The position numbers and the translations under genes are program-made. From Candidatus Thalassarchaeaceae archaeon (lineage in GTDB: Archaea > Thermoplasmatota > Poseidoniia > Poseidoniales > Thalassarchaeaceae), in assembly GCA_045568115.1 (NCBI GenBank), contig JBJLBO010000005.1, forward strand, positions 249,048-313,047: a DNA stretch of 64,000 nucleotides, given 5' to 3'. The notes below the pieces were generated by a model. It searched no databases, was not told where the DNA came from, and saw only the letters and a list, made by a program, of their open reading frames with translations. The stretch's first letter is position 1. Each line of letters opens with the position of its first letter. Positions 29,024-38,789 of the stretch are shown one piece after another.

Positions 29024-29755
29024 TTAATTCCCTGAACGCTGACGCTGTGCTTCAATTGCCACTGCGCTAAGAGGTGCTTGAAGATTGAATGAAGGAACAA
29101 AACCAGTCATTGGGATTCTAATTATTTCATCAGCTAATTGCAGAACTTCAGAGGAAATTCCTTCACGCTCACCACCTACAATCAGAATCACATTTCCAGT
29201 TAAGTCTACATCCCACGGATTAGATTCACCAACGTCCTCCAAAGCAATAATTCGAAATCCTGAAGATTTTGCTGATTCAATTGAAGATGCTGCATCTTGC
29301 CAAAGAACGGGGAGGAATCTATGAGCCTTCATTGAAGCACGTTTTGCAGCACTTCGCTCTTCATTATTGAGTTCTCCATTGACAATTACCGCATCGGCCC
29401 CGGAGACCTCAGCGGTTCGAATACAGAAACCTATGTTGACTGGATATTTAGCCCCATCAAGAAGCCAAATGAGGCCTCCTGATTTCAGCACATCCTCAAA
29501 GTTTGCCAAGGGATCACGACCTACCAAAGCAAGTATCTCAGGAGTGCCTTGACTATTATCTCTAGACATGCGCCATAGGTCGTTTTGAGAACCTTCAATC
29601 ACCCTGATTCCCAAAGATTCAGCCTGACGCACTAGATTAGTTATTTTGGCAGAATTATGATCTCTTTTAACAAGGATAAGAGTTATTTTTTCTCCCTCAT
29701 CCATAGCCTGTAACACCTCTACAGCACCACATTTTTGCATTGACAAAATACTCAC
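29024..29755 (-). CDS. TrmH/SpoU family RNA methyltransferase
   Basis: PVNIG-x-x-IRTA, VGGEREGI, IPM-x-G-x-x-x-SFN motifs. Confidence 0.88.
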   Translation of the reverse strand: MSILSMQKCGAVEVLQAMDEGEKITLILVKRDHNSAKITNLVRQAESLGIRVIEGSQNDLWRMSRDNSQGTPEILALVGRDPLANFEDVLKSGGLIWLLDGAKYPVNIGFCIRTAEVSGADAVIVNGELNNEERSAAKRASMKAHRFLPVLWQDAASSIESAKSSGFRIIALEDVGESNPWDVDLTGNVILIVGGEREGISSEVLQLADEIIRIPMTGFVPSFNLQAPLSAVAIEAQRQRSGN

Positions 29756-29758
29756 AAC

Positions 29759-30556
29759 CTAGTTTCCATCGTTTGTATGATCATCATTATTGCTATTCTT
29801 TTTGAAGATTGGAATTGGAATCATTTTGTGTAAATTCGCATTGTGGAATTTATGATAAATATCCAAGACTTCTTTTTGCCTTTCTGAAAGTCGCTCTCCT
29901 GATGGATTTTCTAATTCATCCATAGCCCACTCGATTTCAGCATACGAAGCACCAATTTGGTCTTCATCAGTTCGGCCATCATCCCATAGTCCATCAGTGG
30001 GGGCTGCATCTCGAATTTCCTGAATTATTCCCAAAGCCTCAGCGATAGCATATACCTCGGTTTTGTAAAGGTCGGCAATAGGAGAAATATCCACACCCCC
30101 ATCGCCGTATTTCGTGAAAAAGCCGACTCCGAAATCCTCCACTTTGTTGCCCGTTCCAACGACTATCCCATTGCTAGAAGATGCAATAGCATAGAGTGTG
30201 GTCATTCTGATCCTAGCTCTAGAATTAGCAGCAGCCATTGTGGTAATGCCATCACCCAATTCCTTCATCAGAGAATCAAATGTGCCCGTGAGATCGATTT
30301 GTTGACTCTCCACATTTTCCCATCTAGACTTCAGCCAATCTATCTGTCGATTTGATAATTCATATTGATCTGGAGCCTGATGGATTGGCATATTGAGTGC
30401 TATAGTTCGTAGCCCAGACCTTGCACACAGTGTCGAGGTGACTGCGGAATCGATACCTCCTGAGACTCCAACAACAAGAGTCGATATACCTGCATTCTGG
30501 GCATAGTCACGAATCCAATCAGTAATTTCGTCACTGAGATCGATTAAGTCTTGCAT
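29759..30556 (-). CDS. nadE: NH3-dependent NAD+ synthetase
   Basis: GVSGGIDS, N-x-RARIRM, GTGN, FFTKYGDGG, TDEDQIG motifs. Confidence 0.95.
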   Translation of the reverse strand: MQDLIDLSDEITDWIRDYAQNAGISTLVVGVSGGIDSAVTSTLCARSGLRTIALNMPIHQAPDQYELSNRQIDWLKSRWENVESQQIDLTGTFDSLMKELGDGITTMAAANSRARIRMTTLYAIASSSNGIVVGTGNKVEDFGVGFFTKYGDGGVDISPIADLYKTEVYAIAEALGIIQEIRDAAPTDGLWDDGRTDEDQIGASYAEIEWAMDELENPSGERLSERQKEVLDIYHKFHNANLHKMIPIPIFKKNSNNDDHTNDGN

Positions 30557-30572
30557 TCAATAATTCCTCCTT

Positions 30573-31262
30573 TCAGTGGCACGCCATACCGTATTTCTTT
30601 AATCTCCAGTAGTTGTAAGGCCATGGTGTAATGAAACCGACAAATAGCATTGGAATGACTGCCATAGGATCGAGGCCCAATTGACCACCTGTGTAAATTA
30701 AATCAGTTATTTCCATTGCAATTTCCATCATTAGCATTGAAATAAATGACATTCCAAATGCGGTTGAGAGAGCATTTCTGAAGTCCATCTGACCACGCAT
30801 AAGAATCGTAGTCTCCAACATCACGCTTGTTGCAAGCCCGTTAATTAGTGGTAATAAAAATAGGAAAATAATGTACAAGTCAAAGCTGCTGGAATACGGA
30901 TTGATTAAATCCCAACTCACGTGATGATGGATTCCATAGTATTGGTATGCGGCAAGCGTACCAAACTCACCTATTGAGCAACCAATTAGACACCATTTGG
31001 TATTGTTTGCTGATTGCTTCCAAACAGAACCATCGCCCCAATGAAAATCATCTCCTTGGCCATCAACAGTGTAACCTATGGCTCTAACCGCACCGGTTAG
31101 TAAATCACGAGAAATTCCCGAATGAATAACCACCGCAGTTCCTTGTTCATGAGACACAACAGCTGACTCCACACCAGATACGCCTTCGATGGCATCTCGT
31201 ACTCTACCAGCACAACCATCACAGGTCATTCCGCCCACATTCAACTGAATCGTCTCTGCCAT
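30573..31262 (-). CDS. Heavy-metal-associated domain fused to DUF4396-like membrane domain
   Basis: GMTCDGC HMA motif; CLIGCSIGEFG and SMLMMEIAME membrane domain; C-terminal CH. Confidence 0.82.
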   Translation of the reverse strand: MAETIQLNVGGMTCDGCAGRVRDAIEGVSGVESAVVSHEQGTAVVIHSGISRDLLTGAVRAIGYTVDGQGDDFHWGDGSVWKQSANNTKWCLIGCSIGEFGTLAAYQYYGIHHHVSWDLINPYSSSFDLYIIFLFLLPLINGLATSVMLETTILMRGQMDFRNALSTAFGMSFISMLMMEIAMEITDLIYTGGQLGLDPMAVIPMLFVGFITPWPYNYWRLKKYGMACH

Positions 31263-31287
31263 CAGGTCTAATGCGGGGCCGATACTC

Positions 31288-31294
31288 TTTGAAA
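31288..31294. promoter_or_regulatory. Putative bidirectional core promoter element TTTGAAA
   Basis: Quasi-palindrome centred at 31291, 29 nt from both divergent candidate start codons (31262 and 31320). Confidence 0.5.
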
Positions 31295-31319
31295 CCTTGC
31301 AAACAATACTAATCGCCCT

Positions 31320-34300
31320 TTGGGCGACTCCCTCACGTTCAAGAAGGAAACACAGGTCGAAGACTCGATGGCCGCGCCTAAACCCGCTGGAGACCTTGAC
31401 CCGGTCTCTCTAGAAACTAGCCTAATGCAAATCTGGAGCGATGAGAACACATTCGCTCAGAGCATTGAGGCGCGCCGAGACGGTGCTACACCATTCACCT
31501 TCCTTGAAGGACCTCCTACCGCAAACGGGAAACCAGGAATTCATCATGTGATTTCTCGTCTATTCAAGGACATGGTTTGCAGATGGAAGACAATGGAAGG
31601 TCACATTGTTGAGCGGAAGGCTGGTTGGGATACTCACGGTCTTCCGGTTGAAATTGAAGTGCAAAAACAGCTTGATTTGATGAGTAATGAGGCTATTGAA
31701 GCGTTTGGGATGGAAGCCTTCAACCAGAAGTGTAAGGAAAGTGTCTGGACATACGAGGCCGCTTGGCGAGAGATGACCGAACGCATGGGATTCTGGGTAG
31801 ATCTAGATGACCCATATGTCACCTTACATGACGAATATATCGAATCAGCATGGTGGTCACTCAAGCAAATGTTCGACAAGGGACTTCTATTCAGGGGTCA
31901 CAAAGTATTACCTTACTGCCCACAAACTGGAACTAGTTACTCTAGTCATGAAGTGGCTCTAGGTTACAAAGAAGTTGCAGAGCCTGCTGTTTTCGTGAAG
32001 TTCAAACTGGCTGATGAAAACGCATCAGTCCTTGCTTGGACTACAACCCCTTGGACACTACCGGGTAATGTAGGGCTTGCAGTGGGTCCTGATGTCACAT
32101 ATGTTCGAGTAAGAATCACGGCACCACCCTCTGAGTCGTGGGAAGGAAGAGGAGGCTCAGATATTGGTGAGGAAGTCATTCTAGCAAAGGATTTGATGGG
32201 AGCAGTATTGCGTCATCACGCTGATATTATTGAAGAAATCCCAGGTTCTGATTTAGTCGGAAAATCCTATGTTCCATTATTCCCAGATGCAATCGATGGA
32301 ACTAACCATCCATCTGCTTGGACAATAGTTGGAGCAGATTTCGTAACCACTAGTGATGGAACAGGAGTAGTCCATACTGCTGTTATGTATGGAGAGGATG
32401 ACTACAATCTAGGAATGAAAGAAGGATTTCCAGCCCAGCATACCGTTGGTATGGATGGGCGCTTTGTAAAAGGAACTCATAGTCAATTAGATGGTCGATA
32501 CGTCAAAGATTGTGACGAGGATATTATCGATTTGCTAACTGAGGAAAACAAGCTTTACCGTGAACATATTTACACTCACGATTACCCACATTGTTGGCGA
32601 ACTGATCATCCACTTCTTTACTACGCAATGGATAGTTGGTTCGTTAAGATGACTGCTGTAAAAGAGCAAATCACACAGTATAACTCTGAAGTCGAATGGG
32701 CTCCATCTTGGACTGGAGAAAAGAGAATGGGAGAATGGCTCTCTAACATCAAAGATTGGGCTATTAGTCGAGAACGTTACTGGGGTACACCAATTCCAGT
32801 ATGGATTTGTCCAGAATGCGAAAAAGAGCACTGTATCGGTAGTATTGCAGAGATGGAAGAAATGAAGACCACAGATTCTCAAATGCCTCCTGAACTACAT
32901 CGTCCCTACGTCGATGACGTCAAACTGAACTGCCCATCAAGCGGCTGCTCGGGTGAGATGGTACGCGAACCATATGTGATGGACTGTTGGTTCGACTCTG
33001 GCTGTGCGTCATTTGCACAATGGCATTACCCGTTTGAAAACACTGACAAGTTTGACGGGAGCTTCCCTGTTGACTACATCTGTGAAGCAGTAGACCAGAC
33101 TCGTGGCTGGTTCTACTCCTTATTGGCAGTCTCAACTACAGTTTTCGATAGCATTAGTTATCGAAGATGTCTGTCCCTAGGCCATATCTTAGACAAGGAG
33201 GGGAAGAAAATGTCGAAGTCGCGCGGAAATGTAGTCAACCCCTGGGATCATTTCAACAAGGAAGGTTCCGATTCAATCCGATGGTATATGATGACACAAA
33301 GCGCACCTTGGTCACCAACTAACTTTGACCCTAATGGGGTTAGAGAATCCTACGCAAAGATGTTCCTCACTCTGTGGAATGTTCACCGCTTCCACTCAGA
33401 ATACGCAGCACTGGATGGCTTTGACCCAGATGATGAAAGTGGATATGTTCCCGTCGCTGAGCGCAGCCCCCTAGATCGCTGGATTCTCTCAAGATTACAT
33501 TCAGTAGCACAAGATTACCAAGACCAATTTGTTGCATGGGATTTCCATAAGGCAGGTAGAGACCTTGAGACATTCGTTGTTAACGACCTCTCAAATTGGT
33601 ATGTTCGAAGAAGTCGTAGGAGACTTTGGGATGAAGCAGATTCTTCGGACAAACGTTCTTGTCAACATACCCTTCATGAAGTTCTACTAACTGTCTGTAA
33701 ATTGATGGCTCCAGTAGCTCCATTCATGCCTGATCAGATCCACCGAGACTTAACAGGAATCTCTGTCCATCTTGCAGACTGGCCGGTTGGTTCCAAACTT
33801 GTCGAATCAACACTCCCCCCTCAAAACTGGGCTCTTGAGCAAGAAATGGCTCTGGTTAGAACACTTGCCGAAACTGGACGAAGAGTCCGAGTTGAGGCTA
33901 ATCGCAGACAGCGTTTGCCGTGCCGTTCTGGTTGGATTGTAGGTGGACCTGATATTTCGAGATTCCACGATATTCTTGCCGATGAATTGAATGTAGAAGT
34001 ATTGACTGCGGAAGAAAATCTTGAGCGCTTCCAACGCATGGTAATCGAGCCAAATCGTAAGACATTAGGTAGTAAATGTAGACAAGACCTACCTGCAGTT
34101 TTGGACCTTTTAGCTCAAGCAGATCCGGATAATATACTTCTAGAAATTGATGCAGGAATTTGCATCCTCGAAGGATATGATATCACAATGGAAGATATAG
34201 AAATTAGATATGTCGAGAAGGATGGTTTTGCTGCTTCAACAATATCAGATGATGACGTCGGAGATGTGTCTCTAGTACTAGACATGAGTCTTGATAATCA

Positions 34301-34559
34301 GTTGATATCCAAAGGCCTGACTAGAGATATTATTCGCCGCATACAGGCTAAGAGAAAAGAACTTGATTTGGAAATGGAAGCAAACATCGAGTTAACGGTT
34401 TGGTTAGATGAAAATGCACCTGAAATTTCGCAAAATGATTGGAATCATCTAGTTAATGAAACTCGAGCAACTGGTGCTGAATTAAGCCTTGATTCACCTC
34501 CTGCAGGCATTGACTCATTCAACGTCGATGGCATTGAAGTTCATTTCTCAGTATCTTGA
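31320..34559 (+). CDS. ileS: Isoleucyl-tRNA synthetase (type 2-like)
   Basis: EGPPTANG-x-PGIHH, GWDTHGLP, WTTTPWT, DQTRGWF, KMSKS motifs. Start may be 31368. Confidence 0.97.
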   Translation: MGDSLTFKKETQVEDSMAAPKPAGDLDPVSLETSLMQIWSDENTFAQSIEARRDGATPFTFLEGPPTANGKPGIHHVISRLFKDMVCRWKTMEGHIVERKAGWDTHGLPVEIEVQKQLDLMSNEAIEAFGMEAFNQKCKESVWTYEAAWREMTERMGFWVDLDDPYVTLHDEYIESAWWSLKQMFDKGLLFRGHKVLPYCPQTGTSYSSHEVALGYKEVAEPAVFVKFKLADENASVLAWTTTPWTLPGNVGLAVGPDVTYVRVRITAPPSESWEGRGGSDIGEEVILAKDLMGAVLRHHADIIEEIPGSDLVGKSYVPLFPDAIDGTNHPSAWTIVGADFVTTSDGTGVVHTAVMYGEDDYNLGMKEGFPAQHTVGMDGRFVKGTHSQLDGRYVKDCDEDIIDLLTEENKLYREHIYTHDYPHCWRTDHPLLYYAMDSWFVKMTAVKEQITQYNSEVEWAPSWTGEKRMGEWLSNIKDWAISRERYWGTPIPVWICPECEKEHCIGSIAEMEEMKTTDSQMPPELHRPYVDDVKLNCPSSGCSGEMVREPYVMDCWFDSGCASFAQWHYPFENTDKFDGSFPVDYICEAVDQTRGWFYSLLAVSTTVFDSISYRRCLSLGHILDKEGKKMSKSRGNVVNPWDHFNKEGSDSIRWYMMTQSAPWSPTNFDPNGVRESYAKMFLTLWNVHRFHSEYAALDGFDPDDESGYVPVAERSPLDRWILSRLHSVAQDYQDQFVAWDFHKAGRDLETFVVNDLSNWYVRRSRRRLWDEADSSDKRSCQHTLHEVLLTVCKLMAPVAPFMPDQIHRDLTGISVHLADWPVGSKLVESTLPPQNWALEQEMALVRTLAETGRRVRVEANRRQRLPCRSGWIVGGPDISRFHDILADELNVEVLTAEENLERFQRMVIEPNRKTLGSKCRQDLPAVLDLLAQADPDNILLEIDAGICILEGYDITMEDIEIRYVEKDGFAASTISDDDVGDVSLVLDMSLDNQLISKGLTRDIIRRIQAKRKELDLEMEANIELTVWLDENAPEISQNDWNHLVNETRATGAELSLDSPPAGIDSFNVDGIEVHFSVS

Positions 34560-34598
34560 AATGAATCAAAGTCTAATCCATTCTCCATTTGCATCCCC

Positions 34599-36068
34599 TC
34601 AAATTACTGCGACATGTAAGCCGTATTCAGTCGGCAACATCAATTCGACCCCAAATAGAGGGTCTGGATCAGATGAATCATGATAAGCGATGAAGGCACC
34701 ACCATCTGGTAGAATACCCATACTAGCGAAGTCAAAGCGGATATCATTTCCAGCACCCGATGTTGAATCAAGATCACCTAAACCAAGGTAAACCTTGATG
34801 TCTGGTTCAAGAGATTCTGAGAAGCCTCTGACATGGTATGCTAAGTCTACATCTGGACCCTCTGAAGATTGGTATCTTATGTTCACCACAAGAAGATCGT
34901 GAACACCACTAGAGTGCCATTCCCATTCTTCTAATTCACTAGCAGTTCCATTCAAATTGTAATCCTTAGTATCCCAAGATTCTCCGCCATCCCACGAAAC
35001 ATAATGGTGTAATCCAACACCACTGGACATCTTCTCAAAACAATGTAATGCTGTTGATGAATCAAATGCACAGTATTCAGTTGGCAAAGATGAACCATTC
35101 AAGGTAGTTGCAGCCCACCAATTCAGAGCAGTGTCAACATATGCATCAGTTCCATCAAGGAAATAATTTGGAAAATATAGGCCGCCAGAAGGCACAGGAA
35201 ATGAGCGCATTTCCTTATGTGGCTTAGTGAAATCCCATTCTACACCAAGTGATTCGGGATTGAGATCGACTTCGATTGAATCGAGATTTGCATCCCTATC
35301 AGGGAAACTGAAATAATCATAATTTAGGCCATCTGTAGAAATCTGCCCACCTATGTTTGATGACTGATGCCAGAAATTCGAAATGACTAGGCTAGCCCAA
35401 GGTCCATTTCCATAAATTCCACCATTGATTGGCCCAACCACCTCAACCTGCCATGAACGGTCATAGAATGGTTCAGGAGTACGATTGAAACACCAACTCC
35501 ACTCTTGATCTTCTGCATCATAGAAAAATGCGTAAAATTGATCAGCACCGCTTGAACTAGGATAAGGGAACCAACCCATAGAAATCAAGTCGCCATTTGT
35601 TGCTTGTACAATACTTCCTTCACCAAGACCTTCTTGTCCCGGAACTGTCGGTTTTGGTTCTAGACAACCAATCTGGCTTAGTATAGAAGGACGATACTCT
35701 TGCCAAGTGTGTCCTCTATCCTCTGACCAAGTAGGATACTCGCCTCCAAAATTGAGAATCCATCCCTCCTTGGTTGCAGCAAGATAATGCTCACAGCAAT
35801 TTCCACCTTCCTCATTACCAAAAACTACCCAACTGGAATTGCCCCAAGTCGTGTTCGAATTAGGGTCTCCTACATCGAAAGGTCTCACACAAGGAGTGCT
35901 AAAACAAGAATCAGAATAGCTAGATGGTGGGTCGATATATTCCATTCCTTTGTCCCAATCAGGTACATCTGTACTGCTATTCCCTCCTAAGCCACTTCCT
36001 AAACATCCAGCGAAAGTCATGGTGATTACCATGAGGGCCGCGCTGGTAACTCGAAGGCTGAGCTGCAT
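34599..36068 (-). CDS. Secreted lipoprotein with Asp-box (BNR) repeats, sialidase-like beta-propeller
   Basis: Lipobox TFAGC; Asp-boxes SEDRGHTW and SWDGGESW. Confidence 0.65.
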   Translation of the reverse strand: MQLSLRVTSAALMVITMTFAGCLGSGLGGNSSTDVPDWDKGMEYIDPPSSYSDSCFSTPCVRPFDVGDPNSNTTWGNSSWVVFGNEEGGNCCEHYLAATKEGWILNFGGEYPTWSEDRGHTWQEYRPSILSQIGCLEPKPTVPGQEGLGEGSIVQATNGDLISMGWFPYPSSSGADQFYAFFYDAEDQEWSWCFNRTPEPFYDRSWQVEVVGPINGGIYGNGPWASLVISNFWHQSSNIGGQISTDGLNYDYFSFPDRDANLDSIEVDLNPESLGVEWDFTKPHKEMRSFPVPSGGLYFPNYFLDGTDAYVDTALNWWAATTLNGSSLPTEYCAFDSSTALHCFEKMSSGVGLHHYVSWDGGESWDTKDYNLNGTASELEEWEWHSSGVHDLLVVNIRYQSSEGPDVDLAYHVRGFSESLEPDIKVYLGLGDLDSTSGAGNDIRFDFASMGILPDGGAFIAYHDSSDPDPLFGVELMLPTEYGLHVAVI

Positions 36069-36186
36069 AGTACTCCAACTACGGCGAGGCAGGTCAGTAT
36101 TTCGCCCCTTTCATGGAATGTTCAAGGATAAATCTCAGTTCATTCCGTAGTTGGATTCAAGACATATAACAAATCGTCTCACGACA

Positions 36187-38745
36187 ATGCGCCATAGCCT
36201 TGTCTTCGTAGTGCTGATGCTTTTGATGTCAACTGCTCCTATGATGACGACTTATGCGCAAGAAACAGGTAATTCGTTAATCATCAATGAAATCTACGTT
36301 TCACCCAATACTGAGCAATATGGAGGAATTGATTGGAATGGTGATGGTGAGATTAGCAGATACTCAAATCAATTCGTTGAGATTCACAACCCCACAGAAT
36401 CTGCAGTCGATATGGGAGGCTGGTGGATTGATGACATTGCAGATGGAGGGTCTCCTGCATGCAGTGTTGCTTGGGGAACTACCATTGAAGCCGGCGCATA
36501 CGTAGTGTTCTATAGAGCACAGACAAATATTGAGTTCGACTACTTTGATGGAGACACCGTGTCAATTAGTAATCCAAGTGGAACTCTAGTAGATTCAGTT
36601 AGTTATGGTGTAAATGATTCAGACTGGGGAATTCCATATGGATTTGGAGCCGATGGTAACTGGGCTAAACTCACAGATGGCAGCCCCACACCAGGAGGTC
36701 CTAATGACCAAGAATGGGGCGGCACAAATCACCTAATGGGTAATTGTTATCCACCTCAAGATCATATACACAACGGAGAATATATCCTAGAAGGACGAGT
36801 TGTAACTATGGAGTCTATTGATTCTATAATTGATGATGGCCGAATTCTAGTTCGCAATGGAATGATTGAAGCAATTTGGAGTGCTTCCGATGGAGCCCCA
36901 GCGAGTGCAGAAGGAGTTCCTTCAGTACCAACCAGTGGAACCATCTATCCTGGATTTATTGATGCACACAACCACGCGAAATACAATCTCATCCCTCTAT
37001 GGGATCATGGAACTGATGGATGGGATAATCGCTACCAATGGCAGTCCTACTCTGGATATAGCGATGCTAAGGACATTGGTTGCTCCCTCTATGATTCATC
37101 GGCAATGAGATTTGCAGAACTAAGGGCTATTGTTGGAGGCAATACTGCAATACAAGGAAGTTCAAACTCAAACACAGATACATTCGAGACTATGCTTGCT
37201 CGAAATATAGAACTATACAATTTCGGCAAGGATTACATCTGGACTAAGGTAACTGAATTAGAATCCGATTACGAAGGAAATCACATCAAGGAAGGGAGTT
37301 CGGATGGCACTCTAGATGCATGGTTTCTGCATCTTGCAGAAGGTATAGATGAGTCAAGTAGAGCGGAGTTCGACATACTTGTTCAAAATGACTTACTTGT
37401 AGAGGAAATTGTTGTTATTCATGGAACTGGACTAACTCAGACTGAATTCTCAGCTTTAGGTGATGTAGGAGGTAGTTTAGCTTGGTCCCCTACTTCCAAC
37501 CTCCTATTGTATGGAGATACAACAGACATTGCAACTGCAAAGGCGGAAGGTGTCAATATCATGATTGGGCCAGATTGGGCACCATCCGGTTCCAAAAGTT
37601 CGATGCATGAATTGAAGACTGCTGATTGGTGGGATGAAAATATTCTAGGTGACATTTTCACTGACTTCGAACTGGTACAAACGATCTCAACCAATGTTGT
37701 TGATGCTATAGGATGGTCTGACCATACTGGTCGCATTCAAACAGGTCTCGCTGCAGATTTTGTAGTCCTAGATACCTTCAATGCAGATCCATATCGAAAT
37801 GTCATTGACGCAATTGATCCAGATGTAAGGCTAGTCATTGTTGGGGGCCTTCCTGTATTCGGCGATGTCGACATAATGCAGGCAATGGATAATGAAGTTG
37901 AGATTATCCAAGGAGTTGGATTTACCAAGGCTGCAGATATCACATATGATGGTGTTCCTGAGGCACAGCAGACCTATGCTGAAATGTTCACAGCACTGCA
38001 ACAATGCAATCAAGGTAAGAGTGTCCCAATCGAATACCTATTCACACTTGGAGATGATCGCTACTTCGATGTTTTAAATCGTTCACAAAGTTTCCAAAAT
38101 GGACGCACAATAGACCTCTGGTCGAATTACTACGACATTGAACTAGATGAAGCTGGACACAGAGTTGGTGGCACAGTAGGAGGAGCAGATCCGATAGAGA
38201 CTAACATAACGAATGGTAATAACAACGGTAATGGGAATGGCGGAACTAATCCAGTACCGGAACCTGAATTACCAGGACTATTCAGCACCTATGGTCCAAG
38301 AGGGGCAACTCTAGCCCATCCAACTACAATAGATGACGGGATACACCTAGAGGCTTGTAATTCGGATAATGGTCAGACTACACCTGATGACAAAGAATTG
38401 CTGTGTGGTTCTATTCTTGTAGTGATGCAACCAACGGATGAATGTATTGTCCTAGAGGGATCATTCTGTCTTCTTGATGTAGAAGATGCATTTGCAGTAC
38501 CTGGAAAATTATGTGAAGATTCTGGAATATACCCCAGTCAAGTCACTTGTAGAGATGCTTGGTCATACCTCGATGTAGAAGATGATGAAACCACACCTGA
38601 GCCAGAGCCTGAACCTGAAGAAGAAAACTCGTGGACTGAAGGTCCTCTGTTTTGGGTTGCTGCAATATCCTTGGTTGGTTTACTAATTGCTTCAGTTGTA
38701 ATGATAAACAACAATCTACGAAATGAAGATGACAATGAAGAATAA
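36187..38745 (+). CDS. Secreted, C-terminally anchored lamin-tail-domain plus amidohydrolase (deaminase-like) protein
   Basis: Signal peptide, LTD (LIINEI...FVEIHN...PTPG), PGFIDAHNH, HLAEG, IHGT, GPDW, G-x-x-ADFVVLD motifs, C-terminal TM. Confidence 0.82.
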   Translation: MRHSLVFVVLMLLMSTAPMMTTYAQETGNSLIINEIYVSPNTEQYGGIDWNGDGEISRYSNQFVEIHNPTESAVDMGGWWIDDIADGGSPACSVAWGTTIEAGAYVVFYRAQTNIEFDYFDGDTVSISNPSGTLVDSVSYGVNDSDWGIPYGFGADGNWAKLTDGSPTPGGPNDQEWGGTNHLMGNCYPPQDHIHNGEYILEGRVVTMESIDSIIDDGRILVRNGMIEAIWSASDGAPASAEGVPSVPTSGTIYPGFIDAHNHAKYNLIPLWDHGTDGWDNRYQWQSYSGYSDAKDIGCSLYDSSAMRFAELRAIVGGNTAIQGSSNSNTDTFETMLARNIELYNFGKDYIWTKVTELESDYEGNHIKEGSSDGTLDAWFLHLAEGIDESSRAEFDILVQNDLLVEEIVVIHGTGLTQTEFSALGDVGGSLAWSPTSNLLLYGDTTDIATAKAEGVNIMIGPDWAPSGSKSSMHELKTADWWDENILGDIFTDFELVQTISTNVVDAIGWSDHTGRIQTGLAADFVVLDTFNADPYRNVIDAIDPDVRLVIVGGLPVFGDVDIMQAMDNEVEIIQGVGFTKAADITYDGVPEAQQTYAEMFTALQQCNQGKSVPIEYLFTLGDDRYFDVLNRSQSFQNGRTIDLWSNYYDIELDEAGHRVGGTVGGADPIETNITNGNNNGNGNGGTNPVPEPELPGLFSTYGPRGATLAHPTTIDDGIHLEACNSDNGQTTPDDKELLCGSILVVMQPTDECIVLEGSFCLLDVEDAFAVPGKLCEDSGIYPSQVTCRDAWSYLDVEDDETTPEPEPEPEEENSWTEGPLFWVAAISLVGLLIASVVMINNNLRNEDDNEE

Positions 38746-38789
38746 GGTGCTGCCTCAAACTTCAAGCGATTAATTGCCACGCACACCCT

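Noticed and set aside
38210-38620. Short repeats (NGNNNGNG, PEPEPEPE; also 3755-3780)
   Set aside because: They encode low-complexity protein linkers, not DNA repeat elements or CRISPR arrays.
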